NCBI RefSeq assembly: GCF_963921235.1
Contig: NC_086097.1
Span: 150,166,001-150,230,000 of the forward strand
Origin: Mobula hypostoma
Taxonomy: Eukaryota
Direction: 5' to 3'
Length of the DNA: 64,000 nucleotides
Positions 37,377 through 49,879 of the stretch are shown piece by piece (within the stretch, counting starts at the first letter, position 1; each line of letters starts with the position of its first letter). Below the pieces are notes generated by a model. That model was given only the letters and a program-made list of their open reading frames with translations, did not search any database and had not been told where the DNA came from. The position numbers and the translations under genes are program-made.

Positions 37377-39156
37377 TGTAACACCTGTGTAGTTGCTTGT
37401 CATATTTCGTGTGGCTGGTCATTGCACTCTTTATAAGAAAATCAGATTACGTAATACTACACTAGGTGCTGGCGGGCCATCAGAAGCTCTTGGTATTGGG
37501 GGGAGGCAGTGAATAGAAAACACATTACTTCTAGAGGTAAGTTTGTTGATAAAAATAGCAATATATATAAAATATTTACATGAGTAAGAACAATTCAAAA
37601 TTTCAACATTCTGTCTTAGGTTCAAGACTCAGATATCAACAAAAAACAAATTCTTTTTTAGTTAGAATCAGTGAGATTCATTAGAATAACCTTTGTTCCA
37701 GGTCAGCATGTCTACAAATTCAAATTCAATGCCAAATATATATATATAGACATAGACATAGAATAGTACAGCACAGTTCAGGCCCTTCGGCCCACAATGT
37801 TGTGCCAACCTTCAAACCCCTGCCTCCCATATAACACCCACCTTAAATTCCTCCATATACCTGTCTAGCAGTCTCTTAAATTTCACTAGTGTATCTGCCT
37901 CCACCACTGATGCAGGCAGGGTATTCCACGCACCAACCACTCTCTGAGTGAAAAACCTTCCTCTAATATCCCTCTAGAACTTCCCACCCCTTACCTTAAA
38001 GCCATGTCCCCTTGTATTGAGCAGTGGTGCCCTGGGGAAGAGGCACTGGCTGTCCACTCTATCTATTCCTCTTAATAGCTTGTATACCTCTATCATGTCT
38101 TCTCTCATCCTCCTTCTCTCCAAAGAGTAAAGCCCTAGCTCCCTTAATCTCTGATCATAATGCATACTCTCTAAACTAGACAGCATCCTGGTAAATCTCC
38201 TCTGTACCCTTTCCAATGCTTCCACTTCCTTACCATAGTGAGGTGATCAGAACTGGATACAGTACTCCAAGTGTGGCCTAACCAGAGTTTTATAGAGATG
38301 CATCATTATCTCATGACTCTTAAACTTTATCCCTCGACTTATGAAAGCTAACACCCCATAAGCTATCTTAACTACCCTATCCACCTGTGAGGCAACTTTC
38401 AGGGATCTGTGGACATGTACCCCCAAATCCCTCTGCTCCTCCACACTACCAAGTATCCTGCCATTTACTTTGTACTCTGCCTTGGAGTTTGTCCTTCCAA
38501 AGTGTACCACCTCACACTTCTCCAGGTTGAACTCCATCTGCCACTTCTCAGCCCACTTCTGCATCCTATCAATGTCTCTCTGCAATCTTCGACAATCCTC
38601 CACACTATCTACAACACCACCAGCCTTAGTGTTGTCTGCAGACTTGCCAACCCACCCTTCTACCCCCACATCCAGGTCGTTAATAAAAATATATACATAG
38701 CTTAACTTTTTACACCAGAATTCTCCAACATCACAACTTTTAAACAAAGAAAATCTCATTCAGTCACTTATCAAAGTCTTTGCAAAAATAATCAGTTATT
38801 CCAGAAAATCAAATTCAGATCCTTTCAATGAGAAATGAACTTATACATCTAACCGTATTAAATCCTCTTTGTCTTGAACATTCTGTTCCCGTGCTGGTTC
38901 TTTGATATTGGGTGGCTCACCATCTTATTTTCTTCTTCATTGGATGAAATGGTGGATCATCTATGGGAAGTCGATTCACAAAACTTACACAAAAAAACCT
39001 GACCTGTATACAACAGGATTACAATCCATAAATTCTTATAAGCATTCTATTTTCTCTTTCAAAATAACTTGCACAAATTATACACTTGGAACAGTAAAAG
39101 TGATTTAACTCACCAAATCCCTTAGTATGACTTAACAGAACTAATTCCTGGTTACA
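37377..39156 (-). repeat. 3' LTR of the Gypsy element (CR1 inserted ~37748-38690)
   Basis: TGTAAC at 37377 and probable GTTACA end at 39156. Colinear with 45753-45946, 46660-46728, 47125-47166 and 47876-48050. Confidence 0.75.
37748..38690 (-). mobile_element. CR1 3' fragment nested in the 3' LTR
   Basis: FINDLDVGVEGWVGKSAD..LYKTLVRPHLEYC; (TCTATG) tail. Confidence 0.9.
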
Positions 39157-39559
39157 TGGTAGGGATCTTGGACACTTCTCTCTGCAGCTGGTGCTCGTTA
39201 TAGCCGTAGCTTCAATAAATCTTTTATCGATATCATTTCTCCTCCAGGGGTTTCATCCTGAGGATTTCTGATAAGTAGGGTAGAGATACTAACTACTAGT
39301 TCCATTTTTAAGAGTTTATATCTTTAGTTAGATTCTATAGTTTGCTGTTTCTGTTGCTTATCCATGCCATTCATCCGCCACGTCTTGTTCTCTCACAGCT
39401 CTTTTTTCAAGTGCTTACTGGTAAAGCTTTCAAACATAGATTTCTTGACTCTTAGAAGGTTCATCTACAATGTCAAATCTTGGTCGCAGGTAATAAATCT
39501 CATCCTTGTCCACTTCAGAATCAATTGGATTTTCTTCCTCTTCAACCGACTGTTTATTA

Positions 39560-41165
39560 ACATAAGAACATAAGAAATTGGAGCAGGAGTAGACCACCTG
39601 GCCCATTGAGCCTGCTCTGCCATTCAATGAGATCATGGCTGATCTGGCCATGGACTCATCTCCACCTATTTGCCTTTTCCCCATAACTCTTAATTCCCCT
39701 ACTATGCAAACATCTTTACAACTTTCTCTTAAGTATGTGTACTGAGGTAGCCTCCACTGCTTCATTGGGCAGAGAATTCCACAGATTCACCACTGTCTGG
39801 GAAAGGCAGTACCTCCTCATCTCCATCCTAAAATTACTCCCCCAAGTCTTGAGGCTATGTCTCCTAGTTCTAGCCCCCACCTACCAGTGGAAACAATTTT
39901 CTTCCCTCTATCTTATCTATCCATTTTGTAATTTTATATGTTTCTATAAGATTTCCTCTTCTTTTGAATTCCAGCAAGTACATTCCCAGATGACTCAATC
40001 TCTCCTTATAGTCTACCCCTCATCTCTGGAATCAAACTAGTATATCCCTCCTCAGTAAGGAGACCAGAGCTGAATGCTGTACTCCAGATATCGTCCCACC
40101 AGTACCCTGTGCAGTTGCAGCATATCTCTGCTCTTAAATTCAATCCCTTTAGTGATGGCCAACATTCTATTTACTTCCTTGATGGCCTGCTGCACCTGCA
40201 AGCCAACCTTTTGTGATTCATGCACAAGCACTCCCAAGTCCAGCTGCACAGTAGCATGCTGTAGACTCTCCGTATCTTCTGCACAATTTCCTTTTCCACT
40301 CAATTTAGTATCATCAGCAAACTTAGATACACTACACTTGGCCCCCTCTTCCAGATTGTTAATGTATGTCGTGAACATTTGCAGGTCCAGCCCCGACCCC
40401 TGCAGCACACCACTCACCACTGATTGTCAACCAGAGTAACATCCATGTCTTCCAACTCTCTGCTTTCTATTGGTTAACCAATTCTCTATCTGTGCTAATG
40501 CGTCACCCCCAACTCTATGCATCCTTATCTTATGGACAAGTCTTTTATGCAGAACCTTATCAAACGCCTTCTGGAAATCCAAGTAAGTAACGTCTATCTG
40601 TTCCCCTCTATTCACTGCACTCATTATATCCTCAAAGAACTCCAGTAAGTTTGTCAAACAGGACCTGCCTTTGTTAAATCTATGCTGCGTCTGCCTGGTG
40701 GATCCATTTCTTTCCCGATGCCACACTATTTCTTCTTTAATGATAGCTTCAAGCATTTTCTGAACTACAGATGTTAAACTGCTGACTTATAGTTACCTGC
40801 CTTTTGCCTACATCCTTTTTTGAATAGTGACGTGACATTAACCGTCTTCTAATCCACCAGGACCTGTCCTCCAGAGTCTAGAGGATTTTGGTAAATCATC
40901 ACCAAAGCCTCTACTATAATTTCTGCCATTTCTTTCAGTATCCTGGGGTGTATTCCATCAGGACCAGGGGATATATCTATCTTCAGGGCCACAGGTTTGC
41001 TCAGCACTACCTTAATAGTAGACATGAGGAACTCTGCAGATCCTGGACGAAGGGTCTCGGCCTGAAACGTCGACTGTACCTCTTCCTAGAGATGCTGCCT
41101 GGCCTGCTGCATTCACCAGCAAATTTGATGTGTGTTACCATAATAGTAGTGATAGCTATTATATC
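39560..41165 (-). mobile_element. CR1 fragment nested in the Gypsy internal region
   Basis: RSCLTNLLEFFED, YLDFQKAFDKV, SKFADDTK. Confidence 0.9.
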
Positions 41166-41169
41166 GAGG

Positions 41170-42110
41170 TCCTCGATATAATAATTCATGCAGACTAATG
41201 CCAGTCATCTCATTCCTCATACAATTATAAGCATGGTCTAGGGGTTTCACAAATACTTGCCAACAACTTTTACTTTTCACCTCCAGGGTTCCTAGCATAT
41301 TTAAGAAGGTCCTGATAACCTTCTCGTCAGGGTTTCCTTTAGGATGATATGGTGTAGTTCTGGCTTTTTGAATTCCAGCTAGCTCACACAGTTCTTTAAT
41401 CAAGTGGGAGTCAAAGTCAGGCCCTCTGTCACTGTGTGGACACTCAGCATAACCATAAAGTGAGATGAAGTGCCTCCGTAGGCACTTTGCAACCGTTTTG
41501 GCCTTCTGGTTAGGTGTAGGAATAGCCAAAGCATATTTAGTAAAATGATCAGTCATTACTCGCGCACTTATTATGTTACTTTGATTGGGTTCTAATGTAA
41601 GAAAGCCCATGCAGACCCCTGCAAGGATCTAGTAGTAATAGTGTTCACTAATGGAGCAGCTTTGCCAGGCAAGGTCTTTCTTCTTAAGCATCAACCACAT
41701 GTTTTAATCTTGTGTTCCACATCAGCAGCCTTCTTGGGCCAATAGAATTGCCTTCTGACTAAATCCAGAGTACGATCAATACCCATGTGACCAAAGTCAT
41801 CGTGAAGACTCTTTAAGTACCTCAGTTTGAAACTTTTCAGGTAAAACAAGCTGCTTCGTTGTTTTATCTCCAGTTAATCTTCTCCTGTAGAGAATTCCAT
41901 CTTTTAGCTCCAGATGATCTCATTCTCTGAGAAGGTAGGGTAGTCTAGCAATTGTGATTCTCACTGAAGGGGATGGTTTTTCTCCAGTTTCTATCTGCAT
42001 GACAACTTCCCTAATACAAGCAGCAGCTAAATGGGAGTTTGTAATCTCAGCATCAGAGAGATGAGAAATGACTGGTTTTCCTATGCATAACTGTCAGGTA
42101 GAGCACTTGA
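41170..42110 (-). pseudogene. Gypsy integrase remnant
   Basis: HHCC finger LHDDFGHMGIDRT..FYWP..KTCG*C; core TDHFTKYA, HSDRGPDF, TTPYHPKGN. Confidence 0.9.
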
Positions 42111-42199
42111 ACACATGCCATCAGGTTGGAGGCTACCCAGACGGAATATAAGGTGTCGTTCCTCCAACCTGAGTGTGGTGTCATTTCCCTCTGTAGTCT

Positions 42200-42640
42200 G
42201 AAATTGTCACATTTGTAAAACTTCCAGGACTAGCTTACAGCCAAACTTAGAAGGGAATTTCTGGCTACTTTGCAGTTTGGAGTATTCATGCCAACTAACA
42301 GAACAGGCTGTGAACATAAAGAGATATCTGGAACAATCAATGCTAGGGTAGGCACTTCTACATCCACTCCTATAAAGTCTTTTGGGAATGTAACATTGAC
42401 CTCTACATATCCCAGGAATGGGACAGCTTGTCCATTAGCACACTAAACTTCCATCAAGTTGGTGACAGAATGAACTGGTAGGTCTGACAAGTCGTGATCA
42501 TAGTGGATTTAGAGATGGTAGTAACCTGCAATCCTCTATGTAATAAACAAATGGATTTTCTTCCAGCTAGGCCTATTTGAGCAGTGCACGTTGTGCCAAC
42601 TAATCCCTTAGGTAGGTTAACAGTCTGTTTTCTGGACTTT
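42200..42640 (-). pseudogene. Gypsy aspartic protease remnant
   Basis: LPKGLVG..CLLHRGLQVTT (decayed LLDTGSQVTT) and ANGQAVPFLGYVEVNVTFP..LLVGMN. Confidence 0.8.
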
Positions 42641-43309
42641 GTTTCACCAAGAAAGGTCTCGGAACTTTTGGAACATGCTTTGCCAACATCAGTCCTCATT
42701 TGTCCTGCCACAGGATCTGCTCCTAGTTTAAAAGAGGCTTTTGAGTACCATAACGTGACTCCCACTCACTCCGTCTCTTTTCGAGGTGTCTTCTCTTTTC
42801 TGCTACTAATGCCGGATTAGGTTCATAGCAGCAAAAGCCGGTTATGCGCCCATCTTCACCACATTTAAAATAGTACCAAGGTTTTAACTTTGACACTTGG
42901 CTGTTTGTCAGTGGTTGTGGTCTCTTGCTTATCTTTTGTGTCAGCCTTTTCTTTTAGTGGCTTATCATTTGCTGTCTCGGAGCTCGCTTTTTCCTTCTGC
43001 TGTTTTGTAGCTTGTAGAGTAGCTAGTGGACTTTGATGCTCAGCAATTTGTTTAGTCAGTTGAGAAGTAACTGAAGTTAGCTGTGTTAGCTCAGGCACCT
43101 GTGGTCTGTGGCTGTTTAATGGCACATTATTTGACTGTTCCTAAACGCTGTTTCATACGTGCGGTTCTGGAAGCATGCTTATTTTCCTCAGTGCATAGAA
43201 ATGGCAATTGTTCAGTAAACAATAAACAACAGGAATTCTGCAGATGCTGAAAATTCAAGCAACATACATCAAAGTTGCTGGTGAACGCAGCATCTGTAGG
43301 AAGAGGTGC

Positions 43310-43345
43310 AGTCGACGTTTCAGGCCGAGACCCTTCGTCAGGACT
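43310..43345 (-). ncRNA. Minimal type-I hammerhead ribozyme motif
   Basis: Exact reverse complement of 44454-44489. Confidence 0.8.
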
Positions 43346-44453
43346 AACTGAAGAAAGAGTGAGTAAGGGATTTGAAAGTTGGAGGGGGAGGGGGAGATCC
43401 AAAATGATAGGAGAAGACAGGAGAGGGAGGGATAGAGCCGAGAGCTGGACAGGTGATAGGCAAAAGGGGATACGAGAGGATCATGGGACAGGAGGTCCGG
43501 GAAGAAAGACAAGGATGGGGGGACCCAGAGGATGGGCAAGGGGTATATTCAGAGGGACAGAGGGAGATGTACGTGAAATGGGGGAGATGCGTTTAAGAGC
43601 AGAGTTGATAGTGGAGGAAGGGAAGCCCCTTTCTTTAAAAAAGGAAGACATCTCCCTCGTCCTAGAATGAAAAGCCTCATCCTGAGAGCAGATGCAGCGG
43701 AGACGGAGGTCATCCCCTTCTCGCAATTCCTCCGTCTCGACCGCATCTGTTCTCAGGATGAGGCTTTTCATTCTAGGACGAAATTTAAAGAAAGGGGCTT
43801 CCCTTCCTCATTTCACGTGCATCTGCTCTCACTCCATCCTCCCGCCACCCCACTAGGAATAGGGTTCCCCTGGTCCTCACCTACCACCCCACCAGCCTCC
43901 GGGTCCAACATATTATTCTCCGTAACTTCCACCATCTCCAACGGGATTCCACCACTAAGCACATCTTTCCCTCCCCCCCCTCTCTGCATTCCGCAGGGAT
44001 CGCTCCCTACGCAACTCCCTTGTCCATTCGTTCCCCCCATCCCTCCCCACTGATCTCCCTCCTGGCACTTATCCGTGTAAGCAGAACAAGTGCTACACAT
44101 GCCCTTACACTTCCTCCCTTACCACCATTTGTTCTTTCTAGTAATATCCATTTTAACTATTTTTTTAAACCATTAATTTCAGTCAAGGCCTTTTTAACAT
44201 GGAAAACTAAGGGAATAATAACTTTTTCTCCCTCTGTTCCTCTGAATATACCCCTTGCCCATCCTCTGGGTCCCCCCCCCACCTCCTTGTCTTTCTTCCC
44301 GGACCTCCTGTCCCATGATCCTCTCGTATCCCCTTTTGCCTATCACCTGTCCAGCTCTCGGCTCTATCCCTCCCCCTCCTGTCTTCTCCTATCATTTTGG
44401 ATCTCCCCCTCCCCCTCCAACTTTCAAATCCCTTACTCACTCTTCCTTCAGTT

Positions 44454-44489
44454 AGTCCTGACGAAGGGTCTCGGCCTGAAACGTCGACT
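44454..44489 (+). ncRNA. Minimal type-I hammerhead ribozyme motif
   Basis: AGTC-CTGACGA-AGGGTCTCGGCCT-GAAA-CG-TC-GACT; predicted cleavage after GUC (44485). Confidence 0.8.
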
Positions 44490-45752
44490 GCACCTCTTCC
44501 TACAGATGCTGCTTGGCCTGCTGCGTTCACCAGCAACTTTGATGTATGTTGTTCAGTAAACAATGGTGGGTTTTGTTTTCTCTGTTCCAGTTAGCTTCAG
44601 TTTCAGCAACTTCGCCTCACTTTACGGTCAGAGTCAATGCTACCTGTAGCCGCTGTGGGTAGGCAGATGGCTTTTCACCCTTGTTCTGTACTGTGTTCAT
44701 GAATTTAGTGAATAATTCATCACCATCTTCCATAGTGGCAAAAGCTGAATCTAGGAGTTGCATGGATTTAGCAGGTGAAGTTCCAGGTCTTATTGACTTG
44801 ATGATGTCAGAAGCTGGTGGAAGAATACTTCCACCTATTTTCCATGCTCTATGAAGATCAGGCACACTTGGGTCGTGCAAGAACAGTTCAACATGGGCAC
44901 ACCAAGTCTCTTAATCCATCTCATCAAGTGGACAAGGAATTCTGCCAGAAAAAGTTCGGAGCCTTACTGGTGGTTTGCCATGAGCCATCAAGTCATTACT
45001 GTGCACAATGTGCTCCACTACAACTTTTGAATACCTGGAGGGTTAAGGTCACTGGGAGAGAGGGATGGGTTCACTGCAACTCCATTAGTTTGTATTACAG
45101 GGACTGAGTTACTCTGCAGAGCAGCTAGAGCTGTGTCTGACTGGTTAGTATCAGAGGAGCCTGCTCTGGTATGAGCAGATGTGGTTTTGTGATGTACATC
45201 CTCATCAATTTCAACAGTGACTGTTTCCCTACTCTCGATAGTAAGGGTTTCATTGATCTGTGTTGCCATCTGAGAATCAGGTTTATTATCACTGGCATGT
45301 GACATGGAATTTGTTACCTCTCTCAGGATTTTGTCATAATCTTTCCCACTGCGGTAAGCTTGAGTGGTGTCAGAGTGTAAACACTGGCTAAAGTAATAAC
45401 AAGGTTGGAATCTTCTTGGTCACCGTTTGCTTGTTGCATGTACAGTAACAAGGGATGGAGATCTTGCATTGCAGAGCCAACATTGTATTCTACTGTGAGG
45501 TACTAGGGAGATTCTGCACCGGAGTCAGTTAGAGGAATAACTGTGGCAACTGAAACATACTCTTTTAGAAAGTCTAGTATTTCCTCATCTTTTCCTGTCC
45601 CTGTTATACCACTGACTAAAACAGCGTTTGGGATTTTGACACACTTTTCTTTCACTGTAGATTTTAACTGAATGAAAGTGAGTTTGAACAATAAGAATTG
45701 GTGCTGTGTATACTAAACAGTGTGTTTAGTGTTTATCTAATAAACTGCCTCC

Positions 45753-48050
45753 TGTAACGCCTGTGTAGTGCTGGCCTTTTCGTGTGATTGGTCGCTTCAC
45801 TCCTTATGGGAAAATCAAATTACATAGGACTACACTAGGTACTGAAAGATCATCAGAAGCTCTAGGTATCGAAAGGAGGCAGTGAATAGAAGATACACTC
45901 CTCTAGTGGTAAGTTTGTTTATAAAAATAGCAATATATACAAAATAAGACCATAAGACATTGGAGCAGGGTTAGGACATCGGTCCATTGAGTCTGTTCTT
46001 CCATTCGATCATGGCTGATCGTGTTTCCCCTCCTCAGCCCCACTCCCCGGCCTTCTCCCGGTAACCTTTGATGTTGTGGCCAATCAATCTATCAGGCTCT
46101 GCATTAAATACACCCAATGACCTGACCTCCACAGCTGCATGTGGTAACAAATTCCACAAATTTACCACCTCTGACTAAAGAAATTTCTCCACATCTCTGT
46201 TTTAAATGGATACCCCTCTCCATCTTGAGGCTGTGCCCTCTTGTCCTAGACTACCCCACCGTGGAAAACATCATCATAAGTTCCCTAATCACCCCCAGTT
46301 CATTACATAACACCCAATCCAGTATAGCTGATCTCTTAGTAGGCTCAATGACAAGCTGCTCTAAAAAGACATCCTGTAGTCAGTCAATAAATTCACTCTC
46401 CTGAGATCCATTACAAGCCTGATTTACCTGCATGTTAAACTCTCTCATGACTATCATAACATTGCTCTTTTGGCACGCCTTTTCTATTTCCTATTGTAAT
46501 TTGTAGTCCGCATCCCAGCTACTGTTTGGAGGCTTGTATATAATAGCCATCAGGGATCTTTTACCCCTGCAGTTTCTTAACAAGGATTCAACATCTTCTA
46601 ACCCTATGTCACATCTTTCTAATCATCGAATGTCATTCTTTACCAGCAGAGCCATTATCTACATGAGTAAGAACATTTCAAAATTCCATCATTCTGTTTC
46701 AGATATCAATAAAAACCAAATTCCTTTTAAGAACATAAGAAATAGGAGCAGGAGTAGGCTATCTGGCTCATTGAGCCTGCTTTACCGTTCAAAAAGATCA
46801 TGGCTGATCCAGCCATAGACTCATCTCCACCGACCCGCATTTCCACATAAGCCTTAATTACCCTACAATGCAAAAATCTCTTCAACCTTATCTTAAACAT
46901 ACTTACTGAGGAAGCCTCCACTGCTTCATTGGGCAGAGAATTCCACAGATTCACCACTCTCTGGAAAAAGCAGTTCCTCCTCATCTCTGTCCTAAATCTT
47001 CTCCCTTGAATCTTAAGGCTATGTCCCCTAGTTCTAGTCCCACCTACTAGTGAAAACAACATTCCTGCCTCTATCTTATCTATTCCTTTCATAATTTTAT
47101 ATGTTTCTGTAAGATCTCCTCTACTCTTTTTAGTTAGAATCAGTGAGATTCATTAAAATAAACTTTATTATTTCAATTTCTCTTACTAATGGCAAGATGA
47201 AGTTTTGCTGCTCAAAGACAGTTAGAAAACATGAATTTGAGAATAAGTATTGAACAAGATCACAATGAACAGCAGGCATTCCAAGAACAAATTCTTCAGC
47301 AAGTGCAGCTTTTGACAAGGACGTAAGTTTCAAGTAAAAAGAGAAGGCTTCAGTCATGAGAAATGACTCACAGTGGTCTTGGGCAATCTTTACACTGTTT
47401 GCTTTTAGGTTCAGCTAATTCCAAGAAGAAATAATTGTCATTTGTTATGCACATATTGTATCTCACTGAAAGAATATTCTAATCGGACAATGATTGCTTA
47501 TTGCTAGTAAATGCACTATTCCAGAAACTGGGCTATTTATTTCTTTCTGTTATCAGCATTGTTTTGGCCTTTGTTTTACTACTTTGTCTAATTGTCTTAT
47601 TACTAATAAATACAAGATCTACTCAAAAAAAAAGTAGACAGGTATATGGAGGAATTTAAGGTGGGGAGTTATATGGGAGGCAGGGTTGAAGGGTCGGCAC
47701 AACATTGTGGGCCGAAGGGCCTGTACTGTGCTGTACTATTCTATGTTCTATGTTCTATAATGTTATTCTCTATTTAAAGGTTTACAGAATAACGTTTGCC
47801 TTTCTATTTATCCTTAGTTAGTTAGGAAACTAATTGTATTCCTATTTTTATGCAATATGGTTTGTCTCAGTTTCAGTTCCCGGTCAGTATGTCTACAAAT
47901 TCACATTCAACACCAAAAAAAAGAATATATATATACAGCTAAATTCTTCTCATGACAGTTCTCCAACATTACAACTTTTAAATAAAGAAAATCACATTCA
48001 GTCACTTATCAAATTCTTTGCAAAAATAATCAGTTCCTCTGGAGAATCAA
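45753..48050 (-). repeat. 5' LTR of the Gypsy element, broken by CR1 pieces (45947-46650, 46728-47120) and an unexplained insert (47167-47875); outer end not found
   Basis: Segment-by-segment similarity to 37377-38815. Confidence 0.75.
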
Positions 48051-48054
48051 ATGA

Positions 48055-49735
48055 AATGGTCAACACGAGGGGGCATAGTTTTAAGCTACTTACGACATAG
48101 AGGGCACATCAGGGGTAAGTTTTTCACAGAGAGAGTGGTGGGTGCGTGGAATGTCACTGCTGGCGGCGGTGGTGGAAGTGGATTCAATAGGGTCTTTTAA
48201 GAGCCTCTTAGATAGGTACACGGAGCTTAGAAAAATGGAGGGCTATGCGCTAGGGAAATTCTAGGTGGTTTCTAGAGTAGGTTACATGGTCGGTGTTACA
48301 CTGTGGGCCGAAGGGCCCGTAATGTGCTGTAGGTTTCTATGTCTATATTATTTCACCTTTCACTCTTAACCCAGTTGTAGTGTCACCCAACTTCTGTAAT
48401 AAAGGCCTGCTTACATTTCCCCTATCGTACACCTCTATCAAATCTCCTCGCAGTCTTCTAGGGAATGAAGTCCTAACCTCTTCAACCTTTCCATATAACT
48501 CAGGTCCTCAAGTCCCAGCAACATACTTGTAAACTTTCTCTGCACTCTTTCAATCTTATTTACATCTTTTCTGCAGGTAGGTCACTAAAGCTGCACACAG
48601 TACTGCAAATTAGGCCCCACCAGTGTCTTATACAATTTCAACTTAACATCCCAACTCCTGTAAGCGATATATTGATTTATAAAGGCCAATGCGCCCAAAG
48701 TTTATTTTACAACTCTATCAATCTATGATGCCACTTTCAAGGAATTAGCGATCTGCATTCCCAGAACCTCTGTTCCATTGCATTCCGCAGTGCCTTACCT
48801 CTCATCATATAAGACCTATCCTAGTTGGTGCCCTAAATTGCAACACCTCATATTTGTCTGCATTATTCCATTTTCCCAGCTGGTCCAGATCCAACTGCAA
48901 GTTTGAAAGTCTTCCTAGATATCCACTGTATCCCCAATCTTGATGTCGTCAATAAGTTTACTGATCCAGTTATCATCCACCTCATCGATATAGATGACAA
49001 ACAACAATGGACCCAGCACCAATCCCTGCAGTACACCACTAGTCACAGGTCTCCAGTTAGAAAGGCAACCATCTACAACTACTCTCTGACTTCTATGAAG
49101 CCAATATCTAATCCAATTTACTACCTCATCTTGAATGCCAAGCAACTGAACCTTCTTGACCAACCTCCAATGTGGGACCCTGTCAATGTCTTGCTCAAGT
49201 CCATGTAGAGAACATCCATTGACTTGCCTTCATCAACTTTCCTGGTAAATTCCTTAAAGAACTCATGACCTACCACACACAAAGCCATGTTGACTCTCTC
49301 GAGTCGGTCCCTGTCTATTCAAATAATTTTATGTCCAATCACAAACAAGAGAAAATCTGCAGATGCTGGAAATCCAAGCAACACATACAAAATGCTACCT
49401 GGCCTGCAGACTTTCTCCAGCATTTTGTGTGTGATACTTTTATGTCCAGTCCCTTAGAATACCTTCCAATAACTTTCCCACTACTGATATCAGGCTCACT
49501 GACCTATAATTTCCTAGTTTATTCTTCAAGCCTTTCTTAAACAGCAGAATAACATTAGCTATCCTCCAGTCCTCTGGCTCCTCATGTGTAGCTAAGAATG
49601 TTTTATTTATCTCTGCTAGAGCACCTGCAATTTCTGCACTAACCTCCCACAGGGTCCAAGGGAACACTTTGTCAGTCCCCGGGGATCTACCCATTCTAAT
49701 TTTCCTCAAAACAGCAAACACCTCCTCCCCCAGTC
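48055..49735. mobile_element. CR1 fragments (+ 48055-48345; - 48350-49735)
   Basis: TRGHSFKL; SGVLQGLVLGPLLFVIYI; EDWRIANVILLFKKG. Confidence 0.85.
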
Positions 49736-49879
49736 TTTTGGAATTCATTGTGTCTAATTTTAGGAAGCATCTACATTAGATCCAGATATCTGGAGCTGAT
49801 ACTTAATATTTGTGTTAGGATATCATTTAGGATTACAGGTTGACACTAATAGCCAATTGTAACCTGTCTTCTCCCTGTC

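Larger units (their letters stand above)
43224..44548. mobile_element. PLE tail-out inverted insertion within gag
   Basis: 16-bp TSD TTGTTCAGTAAACAAT at 43208-43223 and 44549-44564; near-identical inverted termini. Confidence 0.93.
42830..45690 (-). pseudogene. PNMA-like Gypsy gag remnant (PLE inserted 43224-44548)
   Basis: IPNAVLVSGITGT..DEEILDFLKEY; LLDSAFATMEDGDELFTKFMNTVQNKGEKPSAY.QRLQ; decayed Zn knuckle WYYFKCGEDGRITGFC. Confidence 0.85.
37377..48050 (-). mobile_element. Decayed Gypsy/Ty3 LTR retrotransposon with PNMA-like gag and many nested insertions
   Basis: Two diverged direct repeats beginning TGTAACACCTGTGTAG (37377) and TGTAACGCCTGTGTAG (45753) flank gag, protease and integrase remnants on the minus strand. 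Confidence 0.88.
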
